The notes: generated by a model not told the origin, from the letters alone. Numbered from the stretch's first letter, positions 12,465-28,208 are shown. The stretch is 64,000 bases of DNA from Octopus vulgaris (GCA_951406725.2 OX597824.1:79484001-79548000), one strand, 5' to 3'. Numbers and translations are program-made.

Positions 12465-13246
12465 CAGCATGGAAGGTAGATGTTAAACGATGATGACGAT
12501 GATGATGACGATGACGATGACGACGACGATGATGATGATGACACTTGCAAGGCTTGAGTCAACCTGAGGCTATGGAAAAAAAGACACTTGTTCAAAAAGT
12601 CACGCACTGAGATAGAACCTGTGATCTCTGGATTGCTAAACACTCTTTACCCTCTTAACCACTCAGCTGCACTTGCATACACAAAGTATATCAACATCCA
12701 CTCAACTACTGTGAACTGGTGGTTGTAGTGTGTTACTGAATGAATATTTCACAGTCAGTCAGATGGCCTTTTCTTGCATAAATATCGCAAGTGTAACAGT
12801 GGCAATATCCTACATATATTGATACAGATATTTCTGCATAAACATATATTAATTATTTAATCATATAGATGAGAGATGTATAACATTGGCATGCAAATTA
12901 ATCTAGCTATCGATGTTCCATCTAATTATCTGCTGTGGTTGTGTGCAAAACTTTTGCTTGTGTTCAAATTTAGTCTTTCTTTTCAAAATATAACTGCATC
13001 CAAACAAGTAACCATCTTCATTACTGTTTTAATTTTCAATTTTTTAAACTTTTTATGCTAGTATGGGTTTGAGAGAGTTTACTCCAATAAATTTTTCCAT
13101 GGTTGGATGCCCTTCCTGATGTCAACCGTTACCTACTTCTAAGCAAGGGGATGTTTTCCCACGCCGCCATCTCTTTAGTTATCCAGCCATCGTAAAAATC
13201 AATGGTTGGATAATTGAAGAGATGGCATTGAATCAAAATTGATCGA

Positions 13247-13577
13247 CATCAATGGAAATTGTAGCTGTGATACCAGTGCCAGTGGCATATAAGAGAACCG
13301 TCCGAATGTGGCCGTTGCCAGCGCCGCCCCGACTGGCCTCCATGCCGGTGGCACGTAAAAAGCACCATCCGATCGTGGCTGTTTGCCAGCCTCATCTGGC
13401 ACGTAAAAAGCACCCACTACACTCATGGAGTGGTTGGCGTAAGGAAGGGCATCCAGCTGTAGAAACATTGCCAGATCAGACTGGGCCTGGTGCAGCCTTC
13501 TGGCTTCCCAGACCCCAGTTGAACCGTCCAACCCATGCTAGCATGGAAAGCGGGCGCTAAACGATGATGATGATGAT
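13247..13577 (+). mobile_element. SINE family C
   Basis: Same structure as 6194-6557. Confidence 0.85.
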
Positions 13578-13714
13578 GGCAGTGTGGGTTTCCACCCTGA
13601 CATCCGTAACTCGGAGTGGATAACTGAAGAGATGGCGGCATGGGTTTCTGCCCCAACATCCAAAACTCAGAGTTTTATCATGGCTACGGAATAATTGTCA
13701 CTTATTATATTTAC

Positions 13715-13771
<57 letters not shown>

Positions 13772-13774
<3 letters not shown>

Positions 13775-14096
13775 AAGCACTCCGTCGGTTACGACGATGA
13801 GGGTTCCGGTTGATCCGAATCAACAGAACAGCCTGCTCGTGAAATTAACGTGTAAGTGGCTGAGCACTCCACAGACACGTGCACCCTTAACATAGTTCTC
13901 GGGGATATTCAGCGTGACACAGAGAGTGACAAGGCCGGCCCCTTAAAATACAGGTACAACAGAAACAGGAAGTAAGAGTGAGAGAAAGTTGTGGTGAAAG
14001 AGTACAGCAGGGATCACCACCATCCCCTGCCGGAGCCTCGTGGAGCTTTAGGTGTTTTCGCTCAATAAACACTCACAACGCCCAGTCTGGGAATCG

Positions 14097-14098
<2 letters not shown>
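13772..14098 (-). mobile_element. SINE family B, 5'-truncated
   Basis: Reverse complement of family B, flanked by (TA)n. Confidence 0.9.
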
Positions 14099-14132
<34 letters not shown>

Positions 14133-14142
14133 TATATATATA

Positions 14143-14375
14143 CAGGGTGGGCCAAAAGTCACCAGACAGTAAATCAAAACCATTTAACTCCAAGATTTAT
14201 TTATGTTTAACAACTGAATGAAATTAATATAGCACCTAAATAAGAAACATCATGAAAATTTTTCAAACTGAAATTCTTCTTAAGCGACACATCTTTTCCA
14301 TTTGAGTCAATACAGAATTACAGACAGTAATAATGGAATTTTGATGTACTGTTGGGTGACTTTTGGCTAACCCTG
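14143..14375. mobile_element. Tc1/mariner MITE
   Basis: TA-CAGGGTGGGCCAAAAGTCACC...GGTGACTTTTGGCTAACCCTG TIRs. Confidence 0.8.
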
Positions 14376-14402
14376 TGTGTATGTATATATTCTTTTATTA
14401 GT

Positions 14403-14786
14403 GGAGGTGCAATGGCCCAGTGGTTAGGGCAGCGGACTCGCGGTCATACGATCGCGGTTTCGATTCCCAGACCGGGCGTTGTGAGTGTTTATTGAGCGAA
14501 AACACCTAAAAGCACCACAAGGCTCTGGCAGGGGATGGTGGTGATCCCTGCTGTACTCTTTCACTACAACTTTCTCTCACTCTTACTTCCCGTTTCTGTT
14601 GTACCTGTATTTCAAGGGGCCGGCCTTGTCACTCTCTGTGTCACGCTGAATATCCTCGAGAACTACGTTAAGGGTGCACGTGTCTGTGGAGTGCTCAGCC
14701 ACTTACATGTTAATTTCACGAGCAGGCTGTTCCGCTGATTCGGATCAACCGGAACCCTCGTCGTCGTAACCGACGGAGTGCTTCCA
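14403..14786 (+). mobile_element. SINE family B
   Basis: Full-length copy. Confidence 0.92.
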
Positions 14787-14789
14787 TTC

Positions 14790-15199
14790 CATTCTTTTAT
14801 TCTTTCTTTTGCTTGTTTCAGTCATTTGACTGCGGCCATGCTGGAGCAGCACCTTTAGTCGAGCAAATTGACCCCAGGACTTACTCTTTGTAAGCCTAGT
14901 ACTTATTCTATCGGTCTCTTTTGCCAAACCGCTAACTTACGGGCACATAAACACACCAGCATCGGTTGTCAAGCGATGTTGGGGGGACAAACGCAGACAC
15001 ACAAACATACACACACATATATATATATACATAAACATATATACGACGAGATTCTTTCAGTTTCTGTCTACCAAGTCCACTCACAAGGCTTTGCTCGGCC
15101 CGAAGCTATAGTAGAAGACACTTGCCCAAGGTGCCACAGAGTGGGAACGAACCTGGAACCATGTGGTTGGTAAGCAAGCTACATACCACACAGCCACTC

Positions 15200-15238
<39 letters not shown>

Positions 15239-15891
15239 AGTGTGTGTGTGTGTGTGTGTGTGTGAGTGTGGATGTGTGTGTGTGTGTGGATGTGTGTGTC
15301 TGTGTGTGTGTCTGTGTGTGTGCGTTTGTCCTCCCACCATCACTTGACAACAGATATCGGTGCGTTTATGTTCCTATAACTTAGCAGTTCGGCAAAGAAG
15401 TCCGATAGAATAAGTACTAGGCTTACAAAGAATAAATCCTGGAGTCAATTTGTTCGACTAATGGCGGTGCTCCAGCATGGTCACAGTCAAATGGCTGAAA
15501 CAAGTAAAAGAATTAAAGAATTGGCTGTGTGGTAAGTAGCTTGCTTACCAACCACATGGTTCCGGGTTCAGTCCCACTGCGTGGCACTTTGGGCAAGTGT
15601 CTTCTACTATAGCATTGGGCCAACCAAAGGCTTGTGAGTGGATTTGGTAGATGGAAACTGAAAGAAGCCCATCGTATATATATGTGTGTCTGTGTTTGTG
15701 TGTCTGTGTTTGTCCCCCAACATTGTTTGACAACCGATGCTGGCGTGTTTACTTCCCCATAGCTTAGCGGTTCAGCAAAAGAGACTGATAGAATAAGTAC
15801 TAGGCTTACAAAGAATAAGTCCTGGGGTCGATTTGTTCGATTAAAGGCGGTGCTCCAGCATGGCCACAGTCAAATAACTGAAACAAGTAAA
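14790..15891. mobile_element. Cluster of family A SINEs (14790-15197 minus; about 15300-15515 plus, partial; 15522-15891 plus)
   Basis: Homology to family A. Confidence 0.88.
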
Positions 15892-16129
15892 GACAGAGAG
15901 TATCCGGTGACATAAGATTAATTCACACTGTGTTTTTCTACTTCGTACTATTTATCTGTACTCCGTTGACCAGTGTAGCCAACAAATCTGTAACATGGAA
16001 TTATCTGTGATGTAATAACATGAATCTTTATCCCAGGCATCTGTTTTGGAGTGTAATGGAATATGAGCAGGTCTTACTCATTGGTTTCTATGTCATGCAC
16101 TTTAATAGGCACTTTATAAACATTAAGTA

Positions 16130-19660
<3,531 letters not shown>

Positions 19661-20220
19661 CAGTAGAATGGTAAAATGAAACCATAAAGCATATTTAGAA
19701 TCACCCTTCTCTGTTCTAAGCAAAAAATCTCAAAGACTGCATCAACTTTGGCTTTCATAGCATTAGTAGCAGTAGCAGTGGGGAAAAAAATCAACATAAT
19801 ATATACCAGTCATGTACTGGGGTGGATCTAATCAACTATACCCCTCCTCTACAGTCTTTGACCTTGGGTGAGCATAAGATATCCAGATCTTTCATGTTTG
19901 GCCCATACTTTTCAATTCCTTTAATTTTGTTCCACTTCATTTCAAATTTAGTGTGTTGATGTAGTTTTGTATGCTAATTATGAAAATGAAATTAATTTTT
20001 ACCATAAATGAATAATTAAGATGCCAGCTTCCAAATACTGTTTTCTGATTGGGCAAAGATAATCATACTTTAACCTTTTAGCCTTCAGATTACTTTGTCA
20101 AAAGGAGTGCTTGTTTATTCACATTTAAAAAAAATTAATCATGTATTATCCTGTAGCTTTGTAGATTTTCATGATGCGATTGCTTATTTTGAGAAGGACA
20201 TTGTAAGATAGGTGTGAGAG

Positions 20221-20340
20221 GCTTACAGCCACATCACGTTGAAAGCACCGGTTCTCGTCTGATCACCGAAGTTAAGCAACGTCGAGCCTAGTCAGTACTT
20301 AGATGGGTGACCGCTTGGGAAACCTAGGTGCAGTAAGCAT
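20221..20340 (+). rRNA. Dispersed full-length 5S rRNA copy, probably retroposed
   Basis: GCTTACAGCCACATCACGTTGAAAGCACCGGTTCTCGTCTGATCACCGAAGTTAAGCAAC...AGATGGGTGACCGCTTGGGAAACCTAGGTGCAGTAAGCAT matches eukaryotic 5S with A and C boxes. Not in a tandem array. Confidence 0.93.
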
Positions 20341-20356
20341 AGCTCATTGTTTTATA

Positions 20357-20521
20357 GGCGCAGGAGTGGCTGTGTGGTAAGTGTCTTGCTAACCAGCCAC
20401 ATGGTTCCGGGTTCAGTCCCACTGCATGGCATCTTGGGCAAGTGTCTTCTGCTATAGCCCCGGGCCGACCAATGCCTTGTGAGTGGATTTGGTAGACGGA
20501 AACTGAAAGGAGCCTGTCATA

Positions 20522-20554
<33 letters not shown>

Positions 20555-20786
20555 GCATGTGTGTGTTTGTGTGTGTGTGTTTGTACCCCTAGCATTGCTT
20601 GACAACCGATGCTGGTGTGTTTACGTCCCCGTACCACTTAGCGGTTCGGCAAAAGAGACCGATAAAATAAGTACTGGGCTTACAAAGAATAAGTCCTGGG
20701 GTTGATTTGCGCGACTAAAGGCGGTGCTCCAGCATGGCCGCAGTCAAATGACTGAAACAAGTAAAAGAGTAAAAGAGTAAAAGAGA
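20357..20786 (+). mobile_element. SINE family A, directly 3' of 5S
   Basis: Full-length copy. Confidence 0.9.
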
Positions 20787-20909
20787 GAGGCTGTATCCAG
20801 CTGGTTTGAACATAAAACAGGTAGATTATTTAGGCCAGGTATGGCTAGTTTGAATGCTTAAAGGGTTACACTCTTGTAATATTTTTCTAAAAATTTTTCA
20901 GAAACAAGT

Positions 20910-21410
20910 CATCACCATCATCGTTTAACGTCTGCTTTCCATGCTAGCATGGGTTGGACAATTTGACTGAGGGCTGGCGAACCAGATGGCTGCATCAGGC
21001 TCCAATCTTGATCTGGTAGAGTTTCTACAGCTGGATGCCCTTCCTAATGCTAACCACTCTGAGTGCATAGCGGGTGCTTTTATGTGCCACTGGCACGGGG
21101 ACCAGTCAGGCGGTACAGGCAACGACCTCGCTCGAATGTTTTTACACATGCCACCAGCACAAGTGCCAGTAAGGCGACACTGGTAACGATCACGCTTGAA
21201 TGGTGCCTTTTACATGCCACCAGCACGGAAGTCAGTTAGTCACTCTGGCAATGATCACGCTCGGATGGTGCTCTTAGCACCCAACTAGCATGGGGCACAA
21301 GTGCCAGTAAGGCAAAGCTGGTAACGATCACACTTGAATGGTGCCTTTTATGTGCCACTGGCACGGAAGCTGGTTAGCCACTCTGTCAACAATCACGCTC
21401 GTATGGTGCT
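20910..21410 (-). mobile_element. SINE family C with diverged tandem units
   Basis: Reverse complement of family C. Confidence 0.85.
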
Positions 21411-21630
21411 CTTTGCAAGCAATATCAGATTCAGTGTGAATAATTACATCAATATACAAAATTTGAAAATTTTCACCTAATTTTAAAATTTGAAAAAGTG
21501 TAAGCCAAACAGAAAAGACCCAGACATCCATATGCATTCTCCATTCATAAGATACCTGTATATATTGTATGACAGTGACAAGTATGTAAACTTGTTTATC
21601 ACTGATTCCTTCCTCATTGATCTGGGATGG

Positions 21631-22012
21631 GGAAGCACTCCGTCGGTTACGACGATGAGGGTTCCGGTTGATCCGAACCAACGGAACAGCCTGCTTGTGA
21701 AATTAACGTGTAAGTGGCTGAGCACTCCACAGACACGTGTACCCTTAACGTAGTTCTCGGGGATATTCAGCGTGACACAGAGAGTGACAAGGCCGGCCCT
21801 TTGAAATACAAGTACAACAGAAACAGGAAGTAAGACTGAGAGAAAGTTGTGGTGAAAGAGTACAGCAGGGATCACCACCATCCCCTGCCGGAGCCTCGTG
21901 GAGCTTTAGGTGTTTTCGCTCAATAAACACTCACAACGCCCGGTCTGGGAATCGAAACCGCGATCCTATGACCGCGAGTCCGCTGTCCTAACCACTGGGC
22001 CATTGCGCCTGC
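21631..22012 (-). mobile_element. SINE family B
   Basis: Full-length. TSD gatctgggatg. Confidence 0.92.
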
Positions 22013-22444
22013 ACGATCTGGGATGACATAATATGCTCAATTGTGAACCATATTAGGCTTATTATGAATCGATCTGTGACAACACACACAGGTTGGTGAT
22101 TCTGCTCATACTGCAAAAACTTATCCCAGTGATCACCCTTAATTGGTTACCCAGAAAGCAGATTATCACTTGTGTTTACATGACCAGGTGTGGCTATGTA
22201 GTAAGAAGTTTGCTTTCCAATCACATGGTTCTGGGTTCAGTCCCACTGTGCAGTACCTTTGGCAAGTGTCTTCTACTATAGCCTCGGGCCGACCAAAGCC
22301 TTATGAGTGGATTTGGTAGGTAAAAACTGAAAGAAGCCCATCGAAGCAACAAACCTCTTACATTTTTCACAATTCGAAAACAAAAATGAGGCACTAAGCC
22401 CCTTACCTTCATTTTGAATTTTCATGTCCAACCAGGCTCCTCAC

Positions 22445-22564
22445 CTCATTCAAGCACCTAGACGGTGCCAAGTCGGGCCACTTTAACATAAATCTAAAGG
22501 TGTCGTCGAGGAAGGAATCCATCACCCTGCGCAAATAAGTCTCCCATATGACCTCCACAGCCAC
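22445..22564 (-). CDS. Internal coding exon (120 nt, phase 0/0) of an unidentified gene: VAVEVIWETYLRRVMDSFLDDTFRFMLKWPDLAPSRCLNE
   Basis: Acceptor tttgtttccctgactggccttcacag|GTG, donor GAG|gtgagg. Open frame in unique, GC-richer sequence. Joins in frame to exon 8713-8578 (..RCLNE|FIEHDYGW..). Confidence 0.72.
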
Positions 22565-23609
22565 CTGTGAAGGCCAGTCAGGGAAACAAACTTTTTACCA
22601 AACAGCTTTGCCTGCATCTCCACACAGCCATGCCAATATTAACTAATTCAATCTTCCCTTCTTTTTAAAGCTACTCTCATGTGATTTGAGAATTATTTGG
22701 CTGCTATTACTAGCAAGTTGAGTGACTGCCATATGGGACTGCTGTTCAATCAGGAATATCTGTTCATGAATTGATTGGTTACTTTCAATTCATCAAACCA
22801 ATTTCAATTTATATAGATCCTGTTTGAGCAGCTTCACTCTTCTTGTGGCTGCTTGTACCATCATGTCTAAAATTGTTTATAACTTATGTTGATAACTGAT
22901 CGATTCCACAGTTGCTCTTTTCTATTCCTTTTTTTTTTCCAAGGGGTTGGGGTTGATAAAAAGATGCTTTGCCATAAAATACATCTATCTATTGTAATGT
23001 AAATACATCGTTGAAAGGCAATTTACTGCAGTATTCATCTGGAGATAATATCTTGTTTGTATGTGTTGTGTTTAAACACGATATATATATTGAAGGGGGA
23101 TGAAAATCTTCCCAGCTCTGCCTAGCAAGAATGGCCAATATATTTCAGCCTAACTGTGCCTTTTTAATGACATGCACTCACAGTCAGCCTAGATGAGATT
23201 TGTCACAGCCTGGACAAAATTTGTTACCTCTGATCTATAGGAGACAGTGAATAAAACATTCACCAGTGTTGTGAACAGCTGCCCAGCTGAATAAAAATCC
23301 AGTGTACGCAACAGAAGTAGTATAAAATTTAATTAGCCGTCCATGTATATATATACGTAATGTTCTCAACCATTTTTCACCTGTGGACCACTTTAATTCC
23401 TGTTCTACCCTACTGGACCACCATGGCCATTCGATGTTTAAATAAAATCCTTTTATATTTTTATAACTGAATATTATTAGGAATTGTAGAGTTACTGAAT
23501 AGCAAAACAGGAAATTTCTATCAACTGAGACTACATATTGGATTGTAATAATGGAATAAACAGCCATGCTTCAAGAAGAAACAGCTAAGATTTACCATAA
23601 TTATCTACA

Positions 23610-23780
23610 GGCGTAGGAGTGGCTGTGTGGTAAGTAGCTTGCTTACGAGCCACATGGTTCAGGGTTCAGTCCCACTGCGAGGCACCTTGGGCAAGTGTCT
23701 TCTACTATAGCCTTGGGCCGACCAAAGCCTTGTGAGTGGATTTGGTAGACGGAAACTGAAAGAAGCCCGTCGTATATATC

Positions 23781-23829
<49 letters not shown>

Positions 23830-24046
23830 ATATGTTTGTCCCCCAACATTGCTTGACAATCGATGCTGGTGTGTTCACGTCCCTGTAACTTAGTGGTTCG
23901 GCAAAAGAGACTGATAGAATAAGTACTAGGCTTACAAAGAATAAGTCCTGGGGTCGATTTCTTCGACAAAAGATGGTGCTCCAGCATGGCCGCAGTCAAA
24001 TGACTAAAACAAGTAAAAGAGTAAAAGAGTAAAAAGAGTAAAAGAG
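23610..24046 (+). mobile_element. SINE family A
   Basis: Full-length copy with (GTAAAAGA)n tail. Confidence 0.9.
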
Positions 24047-24510
24047 TGTACATCATAGAAAAGCAATTTACTGCAGAAGACATCCAGAGATGTCTTTTAT
24101 AGATGTACTGTGTTTAACAACACAAACATATTGGAAGGAGATGTAAAGTTGTCCCAGCAGCAGCAGCTAGCATGAGCACCAGGTGCATTTCAGTGTAGTT
24201 GAACTTCATCAATAATGTGTACTCACAGCCAATGACATGTCTAGACATGGTTTCTCGTTGTCAATATGAATGTGAAACAGTGAACAAACATTCACTGTAA
24301 TTGCATATAACCATCTGGCTGAAAGCAAATCCATTATGTGCAAGACAATTTAAATTAAATCGAAATTCCCATAAGTCGCTGATGGGACAATTTTCCTCCC
24401 ATTCCAATATTCATTGTGCTTTTAAACACAGTAAGTCCATAAGAGATGTTATCTCTAGACAAATACAACAGTAAATTGCCTTAAATATCTCTCTCTCTTT
24501 CTCTCTCTCA

Positions 24511-24541
<31 letters not shown>

Positions 24542-24544
24542 AAG

Positions 24545-24597
24545 GAGCTTCTACAGGACTAGAACTGTTTCATTCAAAAGAAATCATCAGGAAGCTC
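24545..24597 (-). ncRNA. Type I hammerhead ribozyme motif (Penelope-like)
   Basis: GAGCTTC-CTGATGA-tTTC tttt GAAt-GAA-ACAG ttctagtc CTGT-A-GAAGCTC: perfect 7-bp helix I, CUGAUGA/GAAA core, 4-bp helix III, GUA cleavage triplet. Confidence 0.75.
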
Positions 24598-24632
24598 ATT
24601 TACTGTGGTTAACCCCGACTCAACTCGGGACC

Positions 24633-24671
<39 letters not shown>

Positions 24672-25068
24672 TCTTTTACTTGTTTCAGTGATTTGACTGC
24701 GGCCATGCTGGAGCACCGCCTTTAGTCGAGCAAATCGACCCCGGGATTTATTCTTTGTAAGCCCAGTACTTATTCTATCGGTCTCTTTTGCCGAACCGCT
24801 AAGTGACGGGGACATAAACACACCAGCATCAGCTGTCAAGCGATTTTGGGGGGACAAACACAGACATACAAACTCACACACACACACATATATATATACA
24901 TATATACGACGGGCTTCTTTCAGTTTTCGTCTATCAAATCCACTCACAAGGCTTTGGTCGGCCCGAGGTTATAGCAGAAGACACTTGCTCAAGGTGCCAC
25001 GCAGTGAGACTGAACCCAGAACCATGTGGTTGGTTAGCAAGCTACTTACCACACAGCCACTCCTGCGC
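24672..25068 (-). mobile_element. SINE family A
   Basis: Full-length copy in (TA)n. Confidence 0.9.
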
Positions 25069-25120
25069 CTATATATATATATATATAATTATTATTATTA
25101 TTATTATTATTACTATTATT

Positions 25121-25291
25121 ATTAAAGCTGCAAAAACATCCCAAAAATATCACAAAGAAACTGCTAACTCAGAATTTCACATTCCTGTTTGTCTGGTAGA
25201 TGTGATCAATCACAACTGCCCAATGAATAGGAACATGAAACTCTGAGTAACAGTTTTTAGTGATATTTTTGTGATGTTTTGTAGCTTTAAT
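25121..25291. mobile_element. Short fold-back MITE with TTAA ends
   Basis: ATTAAAGCTGCAAAAACATC.. / ..GATGTTTTGTAGCTTTAAT, ~65-bp imperfect TIRs. Confidence 0.65.
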
Positions 25292-25294
25292 AAC

Positions 25295-25328
<34 letters not shown>

Positions 25329-25408
25329 GGATGAATGAATATGTGCATATATATCATGTGTGATCACGTAACCGACCAGACTGTTAGATGTTGTTACACA
25401 TCGCTGGT

Positions 25409-25850
25409 GGCTACCCGCATGGTTCTTGGTCTCAAGAATTTGTCTTATGAAGAAAGGCTGAAGACGCTCGACCTTTATTCTCAAGAAAAACGACGTCGCC
25501 GTGGAGATCTCATTCTTGCTCACAACATCATAAGCGGAAAGTGTAATCTCTCGAAAGAGCTGTTCTTCACTCCTGCTCCAGAGTGTCGGCTGTGGGGTCA
25601 TTCCGAAAAGCTCTATCTGCGACGATTTCATCTCAATCGAAGGAGAGGGGCTTTCTCCGTCCGGGTTGCGGATCCGTGGAATAAGCTGCCAGACGAGATG
25701 GTGAAGATGCCGACGACCGCTCGGTTCAAAGTCTCCCTTGACCTCAAGTGGCCTGAACTCTTTACATGAACACCACCCTGTACATAACTCCATGTTCCCC
25801 TACATGGCCTTGCTTTTTGCTTTTTGAGCCAAAAAATTTACTAACTAACA
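25409..25850 (+). mobile_element. 5'-truncated CR1 LINE (ORF2 C-terminus), nested in an older SINE
   Basis: ATRMVLGLKNLSYEERLKTLDLYSQEKRRRRGDLI...RGAFSVRVADPWNKLP is the classic CR1 C-terminus. Host SINE is uninterrupted at 53783-53900. Confidence 0.9.
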
Positions 25851-26346
25851 ATACCTTCAAATGATACCACCCTGCTTGCTAGGCAAGCAGGCCAACATTC
25901 CCCACCCCACCTGATTGAGAGGGGAACTGGAGCAACACGAAATGAAGTGTTTTGCTCAAGAACACAATGTACTGCCCAATCAGGTAATCACACCATTGAT
26001 TGATTGATCAATCATGAGTGCAACAGCCTGACCACTAGGCCACGCACCGCAATTGGATGTATGTATGTATGTGTGTGTATGTTTGTGAGTGTGTGCATGT
26101 GTGTGTGTGTGTGTGTGCTTATGTGTGTGTGTGTATGTGTGTGTGTGTTTCACATCACATAACGATTGTAAATGAGCATCATCGTCATGTAAAAAGAGGT
26201 AATTCGTTAGCGGTTTTCCAAGGGTTGATGACAAGAAGGGCACCCAGCTATAGAAAATCTGCCTCTATAAATTCCCTTTAGTTTGTACAGGCATGGGAAA
26301 GTGGACATTAAATGCTGCCACTGCTTCTGTTCCTGCTGCTGCTGCT

Positions 26347-26562
26347 GTTGTTGTTGTTGTTGTTGTTGTTAAGCAACAAGACAGGTAAGGGTGATTAGGT
26401 GATGGTCTAGGGCTTAGGGACGGGAGACCCCAGACCTTGGAAAAAAAAAAAACTTTGGTCGTCTTGTAGTCGAGGGGTCTTTGTTGATGCCTGACACCAC
26501 TGGGAGGTGGCCCTCGAAGTCGCTGGAAATGGAGGTCTCCAGGTCCAAATTCTTGAACGGCT
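26347..26562 (-). mobile_element. Second copy of the ~195-bp retroposon
   Basis: Reverse complement of 12247-12464 with the same 5' start. Confidence 0.85.
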
Positions 26563-26595
26563 GCTGCTGCTGTTGTTGTTGCTGTTGTTGTTGTT

Positions 26596-26922
26596 GAGCG
26601 AAATGGTCTTTGTCCCAGAGTGGCAGAAGTCTGCAGAAGAGAAAGCAGGTCAACCCCCGACACCAAGAGCATCGATGGATGGATGAATGTGCATCCAGGC
26701 TCAGCGGTTGCATAGGAAGTCGGGGACAAGAAACAGGAAGAAAGAGTGAGAGAAAGTTGGAGCGAAAGAGTACAACAGGGGTCGCCACCATCCCCTGCTG
26801 GAGCCTCGTGGTGCTTTATTTGTTTTCGCTCAATAAACACACACAACGCCCGGTCTGGGAATCGAAACCGCGGTCCTCCGACCGCGAGTCCGCTGCCCTA
26901 ACCACTGGGCCATTATGCCTCC
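26596..26922 (-). mobile_element. SINE with family B head and a different 3' tail
   Basis: Head and body match B up to cttcctgtttct, then an unrelated tail ending in (CAA)n. Confidence 0.8.
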
Positions 26923-27490
26923 ACTACTGCTGCTGCTGCTGCTGATGATGATGATGATGAAAAGGGGACCATGATAGCAAAAAGGCCAGGAACCACTGAC
27001 ATAAAGACCCTTTTATTTAATTGTGATGTCTGTTCATGAATCGATTAGCTGTCTTCAATACATTAAACGAATTTCAGCTTATGTAGATCCTGTTTTGAGA
27101 AGATTCACTGTTTTTCCGGCTGCTAGTTACATCACTTCTAACGTAATTTATAATTTATGTTGAGAATTGATCGATTCTATGGTTTTGTCTGTTTTTTTTC
27201 GCTTTTTTTTTTTTAAGAGCAACTTTCGTCTGGAAAAAAATATGTTTTATCTTTTATCTATTACTCATTTCAGTCAGTGGAGTGTGGTCATACTGGGGCA
27301 CCACCTTAAAGTGTTTAATTGAATATATTGACCTTAATACTTTTTTGTTTTTTCAACCACTAAGTTATGGGGACATAAAGGAACCAACGCCAATTGTCAA
27401 ATGGCGAGGACAGCATACACAAGCCCTAAGACACAAACACACACACACACACACACGTACGCACGTACACACACACACACACACACATAA

Positions 27491-27828
27491 GTGAAGGCAC
27501 ATGGCTCAGTGGTTAGAGCATCGAGCTTATGATCATGAGGTTGTGAGTTCGATTCCCAGACCGGGCTGCGTGTTGTGTTCTTGAGCAAGACACTTTATTT
27601 CACGTTGCTCCAGTTAACTCAGCTCTAGAAATGAATTGCAACATCACTGGTGCCAAGCTGTATCACCCTTTGCCCTTCCCTTGGATAACACTGGTGGTGT
27701 GGAGAGGTGAGGCTGGTATGCATGGGCGACTGCTGGCCTTCCACAAACAATCTTGCCCGGACTTGCGCCTTGGAGGGTAACTTTCCAGGTGCAATCACAT
27801 GGTCATTCATGACCGAAGGGGATCTCCT

Positions 27829-27830
<2 letters not shown>
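27491..27830 (+). mobile_element. tRNA-derived SINE, family E
   Basis: TGGCTCAGTGGTTAGAGC..GAGTTCGATTCCC, CTTGAGCAAGACACTT body. Confidence 0.88.
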
Positions 27831-27888
<58 letters not shown>

Positions 27889-27892
27889 GAAG

Positions 27893-27938
27893 GAGCTTCT
27901 ACAGGACTAGAACTGTTTCATTCAAGAGAAATCTTCAG
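27893..27938 (-). ncRNA. Second copy of the same hammerhead repeat, 5' arm of helix I disrupted
   Basis: CTGAAGA tttctcttgaat GAAACAG ttctagtc CTGTA GAAGCTC. Same flanks as the 24541-24635 copy. Confidence 0.55.
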
Positions 27939-28012
27939 GATTTCATCTTTTACTCTGCTATGTATTGAGTACCTTATTTACTGTGGTTAACCCTGAATCA
28001 ACCCGGGACCTA

Positions 28013-28047
<35 letters not shown>

Positions 28048-28208
28048 AGGAGATCCCCTTCAGTCATGAATGACCTAAGCTCTACATGGCTTCAGCAGAA
28101 GGTAATGGCGATCTTCTGCTGACACTTTCGCCATAACTTTCTCTCATTCTTTCATCCTGCATCTAGTAGCTCACCTATGATGGACCAGCATCCTGTCCAG
28201 GTGGGGAA

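Larger units (their letters stand above)
20070..20868. mobile_element. piggyBac-type MITE interrupted by the 5S+SINE insertion
   Basis: TTAACCTTTTAG...TAAAGGGTTAC. Both halves match the reverse complement of 51441-51668. Confidence 0.75.

Noticed and set aside
23005-24345. Paralogous segments (23005-23310 and 24051-24345) with ag..gtgagt signals, suggesting duplicated exons
   Set aside because: The first copy has stops in all three frames and homology extends past the splice-like sites. More likely ancient LINE remnants. A similar diverged pair occurs at 22758-22910 and 27028-27180.
27491-27565. tRNA-like sequences at SINE heads
   Set aside because: They continue into SINE bodies, with no complete acceptor stem or terminator.
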